A stretch of 64,000 nt of DNA from Giardia intestinalis (taxonomy: Eukaryota): assembly GCA_000002435.2 (NCBI GenBank), contig CM018790.1; one strand, 5' to 3'. A program made the position numbers and the translations under genes. The notes beneath the pieces are model-generated. The model ran no database searches. It was not told the DNA's origin and saw nothing but the letters and a program-made list of their open reading frames with translations. Positions within the stretch are counted from its first letter, which is position 1. Each line of letters opens with the position of its first letter. This document shows positions 53,501 to 61,500 of the stretch, piece after piece.

Positions 53501-54065
53501 TGATGTGGAACTCAATAGCCCTGGATCCCGAGTAACGCCGCATATAGCCGCGGAAATGGCTGTTCTTTCGTCGATCATAATCAAGCCCTTGATCTGCTAC
53601 GGTCCTCAGTGTGCATGCTGCAACGGATCCAGCATGCAGTTCATGACAAACAACCTCGGAATCCTTCTGGGAGGAACGGCAGGGCATGCCTTTTACCTTC
53701 CAATCTCGCATGACCTGGGTATCTTTTCAAAATTCTATAGCTATAGACATGAGACGCGCACATATGCGTTTGTCGGCTTTTCAAATATTGATAGATCAAT
53801 CCTTTTATCTTACAACAAGTACAGAAAGGTCCTCTCTCCCATCCCCACGCGGGAGGTAGAAGTGAAAAAGAAGAACGAGTTTACTCTAAAGCTTTTCGAG
53901 CGCCTTGATGATGCGGATGCGTCTGTCAAGAAGCTCTTTAATTGTCAGATCAATGACAGTGTAAAGGATATCGTGAGGCCAGTCGAAACTGGCCACGTCC
54001 AAATGTCTAATCAGATAATTCGACAGAATATCCTGAAGGCGTATATGCTAGAGCTCATGGCATGA
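44550..54065 (+). CDS. Giant (3171 aa) hypothetical protein containing WD40-like beta-propeller segments.
   Basis: First ATG is at 44550 (MDREVHQTFYDG...); the track ORF begins further upstream and overlaps the divergent STPGR gene. WD-like blocks include LVTGLSNGDVVLWNL...TALAFDPDSNILFCSSVTGLIRIYN and ILTGHTGGVICIANS...TADDEGLLIYWQ. Long S/T/N-rich linkers. The frame is uninterrupted. Confidence 0.7.
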   Translation: MDREVHQTFYDGYENGHKVYYSLRSLEEIEQDEALNDARDETMLSIDSHFRNLSDEALAVLEAIFVSDVPIGEFLSFHRPQVAKMNQQSDPTISHIASNLTKEAISSVKTYRRKYVNPSSVQIPRSRTITRILSQGQNNYQAVERTSPTDKEDRSLSYSNFVNTMKIAMNLSPHVSTEIFNLLCKGTPNKTHYLYDDLISSFSDIRSPLRTDFPLDAACAIYAQCTIHWLDLLNYLNARAGSISEQQLGIRLEPVPTPDSFCHRLTIDTCLYVEGLDIYMTCSRDNLAQFWLPPHLNLSLGQMKHLEYILKLDEIATHHFGLNRDFFEKLLYDLTELSDPAGKASADGQDAKGDHQRGHILTAKHRADFSSDGRTKRAIDTILNLTKFLDRMSLYDLHAEDISWLIKLSNTDNSISSYLKASDADIQSIGGTEAQELTHNKVDFSLIRSLTNPDTDKTVLPLKDNTNLPRLIVEDKESRPEAYKDSFTYSLVTAIRETDNALVSLRPRGTKIKRTLKPEVLAHYGPKFVQDLIEEEEQDRQKELELQKNIEQARTKYSNKTLLIGNSRVIKRIKEEFGLSGASAANEDAADVPGANLGTDPLASGRTHQRVHKDWADSVVTSEPPYETADMSIPDYRDGFGGSKYVGRTISGTARAVSGTGSSQQGRAFSALQRPSSNRAMHSSMYIAQHLSNSAVLGDSSRKQQRDVSARPNQRLPRLNDTDEDQQYLNATSSKEGTLAARMKMLSRPASLSAQAPPPPSKQNTSSYQRTRFNKHEFDNEAHAVEHPLSKLKAQYLQASQGDTKAEQNLERTRQIVKLSDAAILRQVRASTNIAVTEYVNPLYERLERHKVMAEMEKSTKSNVVRDVQATNPAYVASWASAAVYDKDNDCLVISCEGGCVRLYRISKDFDLIKKVQVADTSLNTLCSVSRTVSMLSINEYADTLKMLFIQLPTNTANDLLDKFNLQPIKARLWSAITNDHYIYTSEGFGIYDDYLFNNTFTIDLGHKSLDLSALNIDSSPAIFRSTDEREIKQHYINGLDFAISLTIPGYLSPSIAPRNGERPCKSKLFVSTTSNAIYFQLGKEDILKPAAVVTNYLGDPFLIGTTNKADAILLGGERNKFEALLPDGPPTINYRTLNEYTNFGPNTRRVFHSISVYNFYVLYNLELLFNYVHVKIGEIAKVCQTNNKDLIKAFFKRDLSIKVRGEEGYLDFASTKRQLNKQSAARNFSEDVGNAEGTTIDDIVQGIVEQIISSIEPIGSDSAISPIWKGAVKGIASFMNSKKSLWITCNQRWHSTHDNADVLVTGLSNGDVVLWNLVTLRPRIILHAFHGFDVTALAFDPDSNILFCSSVTGLIRIYNYDVTPIPIAEFKESASVLKLFYSQSSDLIIIVLVNGAVSLWSNRLYQQISRISTHMTPTTAEWDERNSLLLVCSREIKVFQLIGAEVNQEAKRVERTREDKLRRHRQREEEKQTQSLYSALEDPKDSLKKEVAAEDPLDHAEVVCNMGPHKSEVQLGQKSSAVVNLPMGSLGLPKSTTGYQLVPVTALDDVPNLINNPIYTSQNPSTKLVQSNTDSTSLNTSFQSTGQFSFDSASRNVSVNPTLQSTNPSNIQTAQENTISPNYISTIVPDLPDVALSSAAPLRLTNMPLQTTLVRREYPVSTLAYKREGGDRPDNHIDIAMIRQVGLDGRIEPSKYNVHDPCNAIKPVDLDRDLLRAHWANIVSIIDVSYYTTLSFNEVELLTLDLFKGLDDNLITFQSACAFGPKGTFTGLSNITMAPKPGVTAFAFNMGEDRNSPAYHRLSKLASSATIASVQPAVHGDNPDETNSNDFTHSPTATAQDPEVSNAPTEADDQPGRRLPLGLGEDRETFTTMPRRTYTVSSAARNRGYNFALARVFNSVVQDIMMGVSRNVGAPPTKPRRPPSFYNPPSEVFIPQVAQKALEKDYTPGDMRTSYSTYEPKTDNKYQLLPEEFLVHMKLFARPYRSMAYRPTPNSTSYMTKTNSQLRKELYNELHRRKSLVRIKFVRIVNDIYFSNLDFKTYEARVNLESQALRDESNGPKHSKDTSVELEAEKLFRSLVYKVDHSKRLQDKTSSLRSSKFHPHFSGRIVSKGLYGNNKFSLLRKSSVDGMPDLSAANTKTVITYRIGGGSEGGSPINSLINEMALPVQPPSAQGIFRRKVPITAADTRNLITFSASDLGSIVERTHLEREQSIETLIARNKALAIEEEDEHAGTSTSETDKTESILADVPISVRDSSQSTQSKKKPRSTVPNTNVSITSGHDLTVDERDSTIHTMHTTILTGEDRDLTTMVPEDDRHDSPSSRMSSSDEEGDLYQDDFEFNLFQGLNEEVEKNTLQIEKELNEKIAEQRMSAGKQASKRKLQLEAEATPITIPFKPMKPAYTRLAARQAMHMRKKIGGRTSNITGIDIVSQIAPNVVKKLDFLRDILDTELMPVPTSTLEGEPPKPVVARRKENILYETSISVTASTKEEAENFILKTEQERAARYKTKLYTIDSNGNISLWLLEQQFERVYDSSKYDVQSLKDDSDEESSGDILPGQPSLSSVQKRPSSVSAGALHGHTNSRLKRIAALTIDTTSSPHSEQAQARASSAANVTTRHTGQSKLVKGLTKEADVSIFKRKDKIVEKPTFITTYKVELPNNVQITSASFDHAQSIILCGLSNGNALVYSIDLTEVISSYNVSNCAKAAVNFYHSCSPSTNKDQVWRKELLDFGSVLTTGYFQTKFTEGYLRDYIFTSGRLALCYCESNTEKLSRKFVNEKLNEYMISQDMEGLNCPPRAILTGHTGGVICIANSRNYSYLITADDEGLLIYWQSIGVAKAKLYFSDQRILSVVFAEEEIVPGAAFLALSDGSIWIITPNCRYRIFTIGLPVENIGHNTIKLATTVVQVRELEDSTPVRQMLLAICINNVILVYRIYANLKLVEVLRPDGTPSAVPSENATALANDLNRRGSIGNLSARKDSPPIDVELNSPGSRVTPHIAAEMAVLSSIIIKPLICYGPQCACCNGSSMQFMTNNLGILLGGTAGHAFYLPISHDLGIFSKFYSYRHETRTYAFVGFSNIDRSILLSYNKYRKVLSPIPTREVEVKKKNEFTLKLFERLDDADASVKKLFNCQINDSVKDIVRPVETGHVQMSNQIIRQNILKAYMLELMA

Positions 54066-54171
54066 GACTAGCAGACACAGGGAAAAACTTGGTGTCTGTT
54101 TCACCTTCCTCTCTTGGTTAATAATTGCTAGTATAAGTAGATAAAATTTTACGGCGACGTAACATTTGCAC

Positions 54172-55446
54172 ATGATTGGCCAGGCTCACGGGAGTTACTT
54201 TGCGCCTGCGCCAGCCGAAACCAGGGTGTCTATTCAGCGCGCTGTAAAGCAGACGAATACCGTTCAGCGGCCACGGCTGGCAGACGTCATTTTAGCTTCG
54301 GACCACTGGTGTTCAATGCTGACAGGCTTCACCCCCGATCAGGTGCGCCTGCTGCATGCAATTGGAACCGCTGACCCAGAACAAATCGTGCTGTCTCTGC
54401 GTCCGCGGGTTCAGTGGAGCATCAGCTTACTTAAGCGCAAAAATCAAGAGCCAGATCACCAAGACGCCGCCGCGTTTAGTAAGAAACGTGCCCGCCGTCG
54501 AAAGCGCATGTTTGAGGCTGATGACAGTCTTATCGTCCTTCTCACATATCTACACCAAGGCTGTGCTTTAATGGAGGTGTATGATAAGCTCAACCTGGAC
54601 CGTCACTGCAGCGCGGCGACGGAGCAGCGCAGACAGCAAACGTATACGGATATTAACAGTATCAAGAGCGATCTAGATCACAATCTTCATGATATGTCTG
54701 CCATGCTCCGCAAGGTACAGCAAAATAAGGTTGCACGTACAAGCATGCTAATAAAGGACGCCATCACAAACATGAAGGCATCATTTGTGCGCGCCTTTAT
54801 TGAGCTTCCGCGGGAATTCCGTGACGAGCTATTTCCACCATTTCCAGAAACAGACTTCCCAGAGCTGAATGCTTGTCCCCTTATGATAGACTTGCGGACA
54901 CAGAGCACTCCACGCCAATCTAGGCTAGGCGTTGATACAGAGGACCAGCTGAGTGGCCAGCGATTGCGATCAGAAGTCTGGATTGGTAGAACGGGTCTCG
55001 CTGCGTTCGTGTTCAGTAACTCTACATCCTCGGACAGATTGTGCTTTGTTTCCAGAGAAGCCAGCGAGAGCACGGAGCTTCTTTCTTTCATTGGGGTAGA
55101 TCCTGTATTGTTGAATTTGGGAAACCAGGTTGACATAACCATGTCCGTACAAGTCTGTGCAGCCCGGGAGGCTGTGCTAGAGGAAAGAAGAGCAATTGTG
55201 TCCCGGCATTATAACCGTGCTGCTGCCCTGTTTCAGTCTGTTACGAGCTGTTACCGAAGAGACCCCTCGACGTACTCTGACTTCATTGTACTAATTCACG
55301 CGTTGACGAATTATCACATTCTAGAGAACATGTTTGTGGAGAACACTATAGCAGATAAGTTACAGTGGGGTAAGGATGAGGGTCGTGTTCACGAGAACGA
55401 CACACAGCACCCTTCCGAACCACACGAAATTGACGTTGCACTATAG
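54172..55446 (+). CDS. Hypothetical protein (424 aa) with a basic KKRARRRKR stretch (NLS-like).
   Basis: ATG at 54172 (the track start is a TTG two codons upstream), preceded by the AT-rich run gtataagtagataaaatttt. No recognisable domain by eye. Confidence 0.5.
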   Translation: MIGQAHGSYFAPAPAETRVSIQRAVKQTNTVQRPRLADVILASDHWCSMLTGFTPDQVRLLHAIGTADPEQIVLSLRPRVQWSISLLKRKNQEPDHQDAAAFSKKRARRRKRMFEADDSLIVLLTYLHQGCALMEVYDKLNLDRHCSAATEQRRQQTYTDINSIKSDLDHNLHDMSAMLRKVQQNKVARTSMLIKDAITNMKASFVRAFIELPREFRDELFPPFPETDFPELNACPLMIDLRTQSTPRQSRLGVDTEDQLSGQRLRSEVWIGRTGLAAFVFSNSTSSDRLCFVSREASESTELLSFIGVDPVLLNLGNQVDITMSVQVCAAREAVLEERRAIVSRHYNRAAALFQSVTSCYRRDPSTYSDFIVLIHALTNYHILENMFVENTIADKLQWGKDEGRVHENDTQHPSEPHEIDVAL

Positions 55447-58269
55447 AAGCACAGAGACAAGGTTACGTCTATTTTCCTCGCGAGCTATATCGATTGCTTT
55501 CCGCCCGTCCCTTGTCTTAATATCTCTTTCTCTGCTGCAGAGGACCTGCACACAGCCAAGATGGTTGTGCCTTATTGCGATTATGAGGGCAGTCACACCA
55601 ATACCACTCTTGTAGCATTCATTTGTCACCATTCCTCCCTCATACTCCAGCAGCAGTTTGGCACAACTGGTATGCCCGTACTGCGCAGCAAACATAAGCG
55701 CCGTCCAGCCCCCTTCGCTGTAGCTCCGAATGCCATGATTCAGCTTGATGAGCTGCTCCACAGCTGTGGCATTTCCCAGTGCAGCATATGCCATGAGATA
55801 CGTTCCTCCCCATAGGTGAACCTCTGCCAGGAGAAGGTTCGCACAACTTACGTTCTGCCCTCTAATTGCGTAGTAGAGCGCAGGCTTGCGCGGTGAAAGC
55901 TGTATACATAGCTCACGAAGCAACGGGCAAACAGACTCTGTGTCACTACCGGAAGCAGCTAACGCAAGAGCGGACATTAGCCCGCGTCTAAGCGCCGATA
56001 CCTTGCAGCAGTCATCAAGGTACTCTCCAGGTATATGCTCTGCATGAAGGCCACGTTCCTCAATTACCTTCATGAGCTCAGTTTGCTCAGAGCCATAGAG
56101 GCCGTTTCTTTTGCTGCATGGGAGGCTACGCAGAAATATTGTGGGATTGGCAGCGTAGTATGCACAAATTGTAGGAAGAACGATATATGCCCCGATATCG
56201 AGTGCATAGTCTATGATGTTTGAACTTACTATCTCCTCATCCTCCGATTGCAAACCGTTTCTCTTACGTTTGTATGGCATGGACGCTTCGATAGCAAGAA
56301 GAGAGCTTATCAATGTTGCATTGTGTGTTTCAATAGCGTACATGAGCGCACATCGGCCCAGACAATCTGTCTTACTGACCTGTTCCGAAATCACTGGGTC
56401 ATGGACGTCAATGTGGGTAATTGAGCCCCGAAGCGTATTATAGATAATGTCTGTGACGCAGCAATTGGCTAAAAAGTAATCTGCCACTGCATTAAGACAC
56501 GCAACAGATCCCGGGCCATAGCTTGTCGAGCCGGCAGCGTAGGATACAACTGTTTGGCCATACCTGTCACAGAGGTCAAATTCGTACGGCAACATCACTG
56601 TCACCAAGGCATCATATCCCTTTGCGGCTGCGAACATCAGTGCCGTTTGCCCCATCATGTTCTGGTATCTGGCTATTGAGGGTACCCGGAACAGTAAAAC
56701 TTGAACTGATTCTGGGTGACCGGTGAGGATGGCAAGCATGGAGATGTTAAGGTATCCTGTTTCCTTGTTGGTGATAGAAAAGAGCTCCAAAGGGAGCTTG
56801 TGTTCTTGACAATCTAAATTGGTAGAGACGGAGGGGATATCGGGTACAAGCGCAGACAGTATTATTTCAAGACACTTGACGTTCCCATAAAGGGCAGCAA
56901 GCATAGCTGCTGTAATCCTCTCGCACTGACAATTAAGATACTGAAGGGACTGCATTACAAGATTTGAGTCCCCAGATACCGCAGCGGCCATTAGAGGCGT
57001 AAACCCTGCAAGCCCAACTTCATACTGAGCCAATTGTTTAACGCACGACCAGTGTCCTGCCTTCAGGGCAAGTGACAGGGCACAAAAAAGGTCGGTTGTC
57101 TGTCCTAGCTCCATAAGTGCCGCAAGCTTCTCCTCTGTAACAGGGCGATACCCTCGGCACTGAACAAGGAATTGATGCCTCTGTTCAGACCACCTGTCTA
57201 AATGCATGATGATTCTAGTCTCTTCAGCGCAATTAGCAGGCGCATTAGTGAATTTCTGGGGAGTACACTTGAAATTCAAGAGCTCCCTAACGATCTCTTC
57301 GGACCCCATTTCTGCGGCAATCATTAAAGCTGTCTTGCCGGTCTCTACATCATACTGCCGTAGATGCTGGTATATGCGCCCAGTCTCGATTAGTCTTTTA
57401 AGCTGTTTGAGATCGGCCTCACGTACAGCCTCAATGAGCAGTGATCGCGCTCCCACTGCGAGGGGTGTTGCTTCACGGGGCTCACTGCAGCCTACTGGAA
57501 ATACATATGGATTGTCACGTATGGTCAGGCCTGAAGAAATGTTTATGCATGCATCTTTCAACGGTGGAGGGTCGCTTGAAGTATCAATCTGATTAGTAAG
57601 TAACTTCTGCTTGGGGGGAGTGAGGAAAAGACCCACCCTTTTCTCCGCTGCAAGAACCTGCATGGCCCTATTCCGCAAGGTCGCTGCCGAAATCCGTTCC
57701 TGTGGATTTGCTGCAAGGCAGCGCCGGATGAGCTCCTGGGTGTTTGTAATGGGATTGCTATTATAATACTCCTTCAGTAAGGCTGCGGATACTTGTTGAA
57801 GAAAGGAAAGTTCATAGGAGACACAGCCCAATGCCCAAACCCCCAGTAATGGAGGATCGCTATGATAGGTAGTGAGGTCTGGAGGACGGAAGCGGCGATC
57901 AGCCCTGCGGAAGAGTTGCACAGCAGAGCTCATTGGTCTCCTATTATTACAATAGTCGAAGTCAAGGACCACGTCGCATGCAGCTATCAGAAATTCCAAA
58001 ACAGTTACTTCGGACAGGAGACTGGTCTTTGAAGATGGAGCATCTTGCCATTCAGAATGAATGCGCTTGCAAGATCCCAAAAATTGCAAAAACGTATCTG
58101 TGTTGATGTCTTCGTGCGGAGTATTCAGCCGGGGCAGAACAACCCGTAAAACCACGGGCATCAGCTCACTGAGAAGATCCCAATAAACTCCCGGTTGAAG
58201 AAGATGTCCCTCTCTCCTTCCATTCCCAGAGTCGCCTTCTGAAGAATGTAAGTCTCCATGTGAGGTCAT
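55441..58269 (-). CDS. Ankyrin-repeat-only protein (Giardia Protein 21.1 class), 942 aa.
   Basis: ATG verified at 58267-58269. Ankyrin units throughout (GWTALMFAAQYGHTSCAKLLLE; VTALIIAIRHNHLGCVQVL; KTALMIAAEMGSEEIVRELL). The stop overlaps the stop of the preceding gene in the palindrome CTATAG (55441-55446). Confidence 0.8.
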   Translation of the reverse strand: MTSHGDLHSSEGDSGNGRREGHLLQPGVYWDLLSELMPVVLRVVLPRLNTPHEDINTDTFLQFLGSCKRIHSEWQDAPSSKTSLLSEVTVLEFLIAACDVVLDFDYCNNRRPMSSAVQLFRRADRRFRPPDLTTYHSDPPLLGVWALGCVSYELSFLQQVSAALLKEYYNSNPITNTQELIRRCLAANPQERISAATLRNRAMQVLAAEKRVGLFLTPPKQKLLTNQIDTSSDPPPLKDACINISSGLTIRDNPYVFPVGCSEPREATPLAVGARSLLIEAVREADLKQLKRLIETGRIYQHLRQYDVETGKTALMIAAEMGSEEIVRELLNFKCTPQKFTNAPANCAEETRIIMHLDRWSEQRHQFLVQCRGYRPVTEEKLAALMELGQTTDLFCALSLALKAGHWSCVKQLAQYEVGLAGFTPLMAAAVSGDSNLVMQSLQYLNCQCERITAAMLAALYGNVKCLEIILSALVPDIPSVSTNLDCQEHKLPLELFSITNKETGYLNISMLAILTGHPESVQVLLFRVPSIARYQNMMGQTALMFAAAKGYDALVTVMLPYEFDLCDRYGQTVVSYAAGSTSYGPGSVACLNAVADYFLANCCVTDIIYNTLRGSITHIDVHDPVISEQVSKTDCLGRCALMYAIETHNATLISSLLAIEASMPYKRKRNGLQSEDEEIVSSNIIDYALDIGAYIVLPTICAYYAANPTIFLRSLPCSKRNGLYGSEQTELMKVIEERGLHAEHIPGEYLDDCCKVSALRRGLMSALALAASGSDTESVCPLLRELCIQLSPRKPALYYAIRGQNVSCANLLLAEVHLWGGTYLMAYAALGNATAVEQLIKLNHGIRSYSEGGWTALMFAAQYGHTSCAKLLLEYEGGMVTNECYKSGIGVTALIIAIRHNHLGCVQVLCSRERDIKTRDGRKAIDIAREENRRNLVSVLL

Positions 58270-58527
58270 TAATTATGACAATCATTTATTACACTATGGC
58301 ATATTAAATAATGATTGAAGTCTTAGCCAAAGTTAATTAAAATACTGAACAGCAGTTTACCCCACCAGCAACCACTTGATGTAAGAGCTACAGAAGCAGG
58401 TTACATACTGCGCAAGAGGCTTCCACCAGAAAAAGCGCTAATCTTTCTCAAAGTAATTATCATCTCAACAAGCAATCAAAGCTATTTTGTACGTCTGAAG
58501 ACGTTATACATTTTAAAAATCTGTGGA

Positions 58528-61500
58528 ATGAGCTCCGGGGCTCAGGATAGCGGGCGCACCCATTCTGGAAGTCCGTACAACTATACAGGCCACAGGGTTA
58601 GCCTGACAGGGACTCGTGGAGAGCCATCACTCCCCAATGCTGCGGGGTCGGGAGTTCTCGGAACAGGCAGAAAGGTATCCATTGACCTCGTTACCTACGT
58701 GAAACAGCTTGAGCAGAGGGGCACTTTTGAGATGAAGCATCAGGAAGCAACCCTTGAAAGGGCCGGAAACCACGACTTTACTCGTCTCTCTATGGCACAG
58801 CGTCGTAGCCTCGTTGGGATCCGTGATCCGGCAGATGCTACAGCGGATGATCCACGGAAGCTAGAAATCAAAAAGGAGACGGAGAAAGCGGTCGATCTCC
58901 TCGCTTTTGACTACCATATGAAGACGGTCAAGCAGGTCCAGGCGCGGCTCGGTGTGGACCCCGAAAAGGGGCTTACGCAGGAACAACGTGAGCTTCTTCT
59001 CAAGCAGAATGGTCCAAACAAGGTCCCCGAACCAAAGAAGCCCAATGGCTGCGTCCTTTTCCTGAAGACGCAACGCGACTTCTTTGCCATACTGCTCTGG
59101 GTGGCGGCGATAGTATCAATAATAAGTTTCCTAATTCAAAAGTATGTTCAGGGTCACGAGGAAATGCATAACATTTATCTAGGAATAGCCCTTATTTTGA
59201 TCAATATAATGAGCGGGCTTATCACCTACTTCCAAGAAGCCAAAACGACAAGCATCATGAGCTCTTTTGCCAACCTTACGCCAAATAGAGCATGGGTGTT
59301 GATAGATGGTAAGGAGGTTGAAGTGGACTCAGAAACGCTGGTCAGGGGCGATGTAGTGATTCTCCGCAACGGGAGCAAGATACCAGCAGATGTCAGGATA
59401 TTCCAAGCAAACTCTTTGAAGGTTGACATGTCCAGCTTCACGGGAGAAAGCGAGCCTCAGACCCGCAAGACAGAGCCCAGTCCCGAGAACGTGCATCCAC
59501 TAGAAGCGGCTAACATAGGGTTCTTCACTACCCTTATTCTCAACGGTGAAGGGCGGGGCATTGTTGTTGAGACAGGGGCAAACACTATGATGGGTAAACT
59601 GGCTCACTCCATTAACTCACAGAAACAGGAATTGACGCCCATTCAGGTGGAGATAAACCGCTTTGTTAAGCTTATCTCTATAATCGCCATCTGTATTGGA
59701 GTGTTGTTCTTCATCTTGAGCTTGTCGCTGGGGATCGAATGGCTGGAATCCTTCTTGTTTGGAGTAGGAATTATCGTGGCCAACGTCCCTGAGGGGCTGT
59801 CTTTGACAATCGCTGTCTCCCTAACGTTGGCTGCCAAGCGTATGAAGAATAAGAATATCCTTGTAAAGCAGCTCTCTTCTGTCGAGACATTGGGCTCTTG
59901 CTCTGTAATATGTAGCGATAAAACAGGGACAATTACGGCCAACCAGATGAACGTCTCCCATCTTTGGGCGCCGCGTAAGGAGTTCTTTGATACTGAGCCT
60001 CAACTGTGTGATTGCAATCCGAACTTTGCTAAGGGTTCTTTTAGTATCAGTAGACCTGAGTACCATCTTTCCAACCAAGACCTGTCCGAAGTTCCCCCAC
60101 AATGCAGGCCAGGCAGCTCATTCAGCTACACAACTACGCTCTCGTGGAGAATGTATTACATCATTGCCAAACTGTGTTCTCGCTCTAGCTTCATTGACAC
60201 TCCTGAAAATCAATCTAGCAATCTGTTCCACAAAGCAGTGAAGGGGGATGCCTCAGAGGCAGGTATCCTCCGATTCACGACTGCCACAGCGGAGTATTCG
60301 TCGCTTGGAATCTCATTTACACCGGAGGACATCGCGCCCAAAATTGCGGAGTTACCTTTCAACAGCACGAACAAGTTTCAGTCTTCTATACACGCTCTTT
60401 CCGAAGATTTTCTTCGTCGAGCCTTTGTATCTAGCAATCATAAAAATCTTTTTGGAGAAGATGTGAGCAAATACTATAGAGACGAGTGTGGACTAGCCAA
60501 GGGCGTTCATCTGGCCGTTATGAAGGGGGCTCCTGAGCGCATTATCGAGCGCTGTACCTACTACCTCAATGACGACTTTGAAGGCAGCATCAGCTGTATA
60601 GACCCGAATACAGAGCAAGGTATTGCGGAGCGGAACAAGTTCATGATATCGTACTCTGCTGCTTACGAAAGAATCGCAGGATTTGGGGAAAGAGTACTCG
60701 GTCTTGCATTTCGGATAATACCAGACGGGAAGCGTAGCACTACGCCAATCGACGGCCTTGAGGGTAAGATATTTTATGATGCAGAGTCAGTAGACTTCCC
60801 TGGGATTCATGAAATGGTTTTCGTAGGGCTTATTTCCCTCCACGATCCTCCAAAGGATGGGGTTCTTGCATCGGTGCAGCAGTGTTCTAAAGCACATATC
60901 TCTGTGGCAATGGTTACAGGCGACCACTATCTGACAGCGCAAGCCATTGCAGCCCAGGTGAGCATCATCAAGGATGTTGACGACGTCGATATGTATACGA
61001 CCCCACAATCTTTGAATCTGCAGAAGAATGATCCATTTGTTACACGTTTCAGCTCTGCAGCTGAGCAGTTCCAAAAGCTGGCAGATAACAAAGCCGCTAC
61101 CAGCAATGGCAATCAGGGTGATGCAGAGATTGACGCAACGGCGAAGAAAACAAAGAAATCCTGGTGTAAGAAAAAGGGTGGATACAAGGAGGATCTCAAC
61201 AAATTCTCGCGCAACAACCGCGCCCAGTTCTCTCCCTTTCCACCCAGTGACCTCCTCAAGACGTCTGCTGTTATGACAGGAGATGTTTTGATAAACCTTT
61301 CACCCTTACATCTTCAGGAGTTTGTAGCCATATACTCTTCAATTGTTTTCGCACGTACAACCCCGGACCAGAAGCTTGCCATTGTTGACGCCTACAAGAA
61401 CAACGGGAAGGTGGTAGCGGTGTCTGGAGACGGCTCCAACGACGCCCCAGCCCTGAAGTGCGCAGACATCGGAGTAGCCATGGCTAGTGGATCCGATGTT

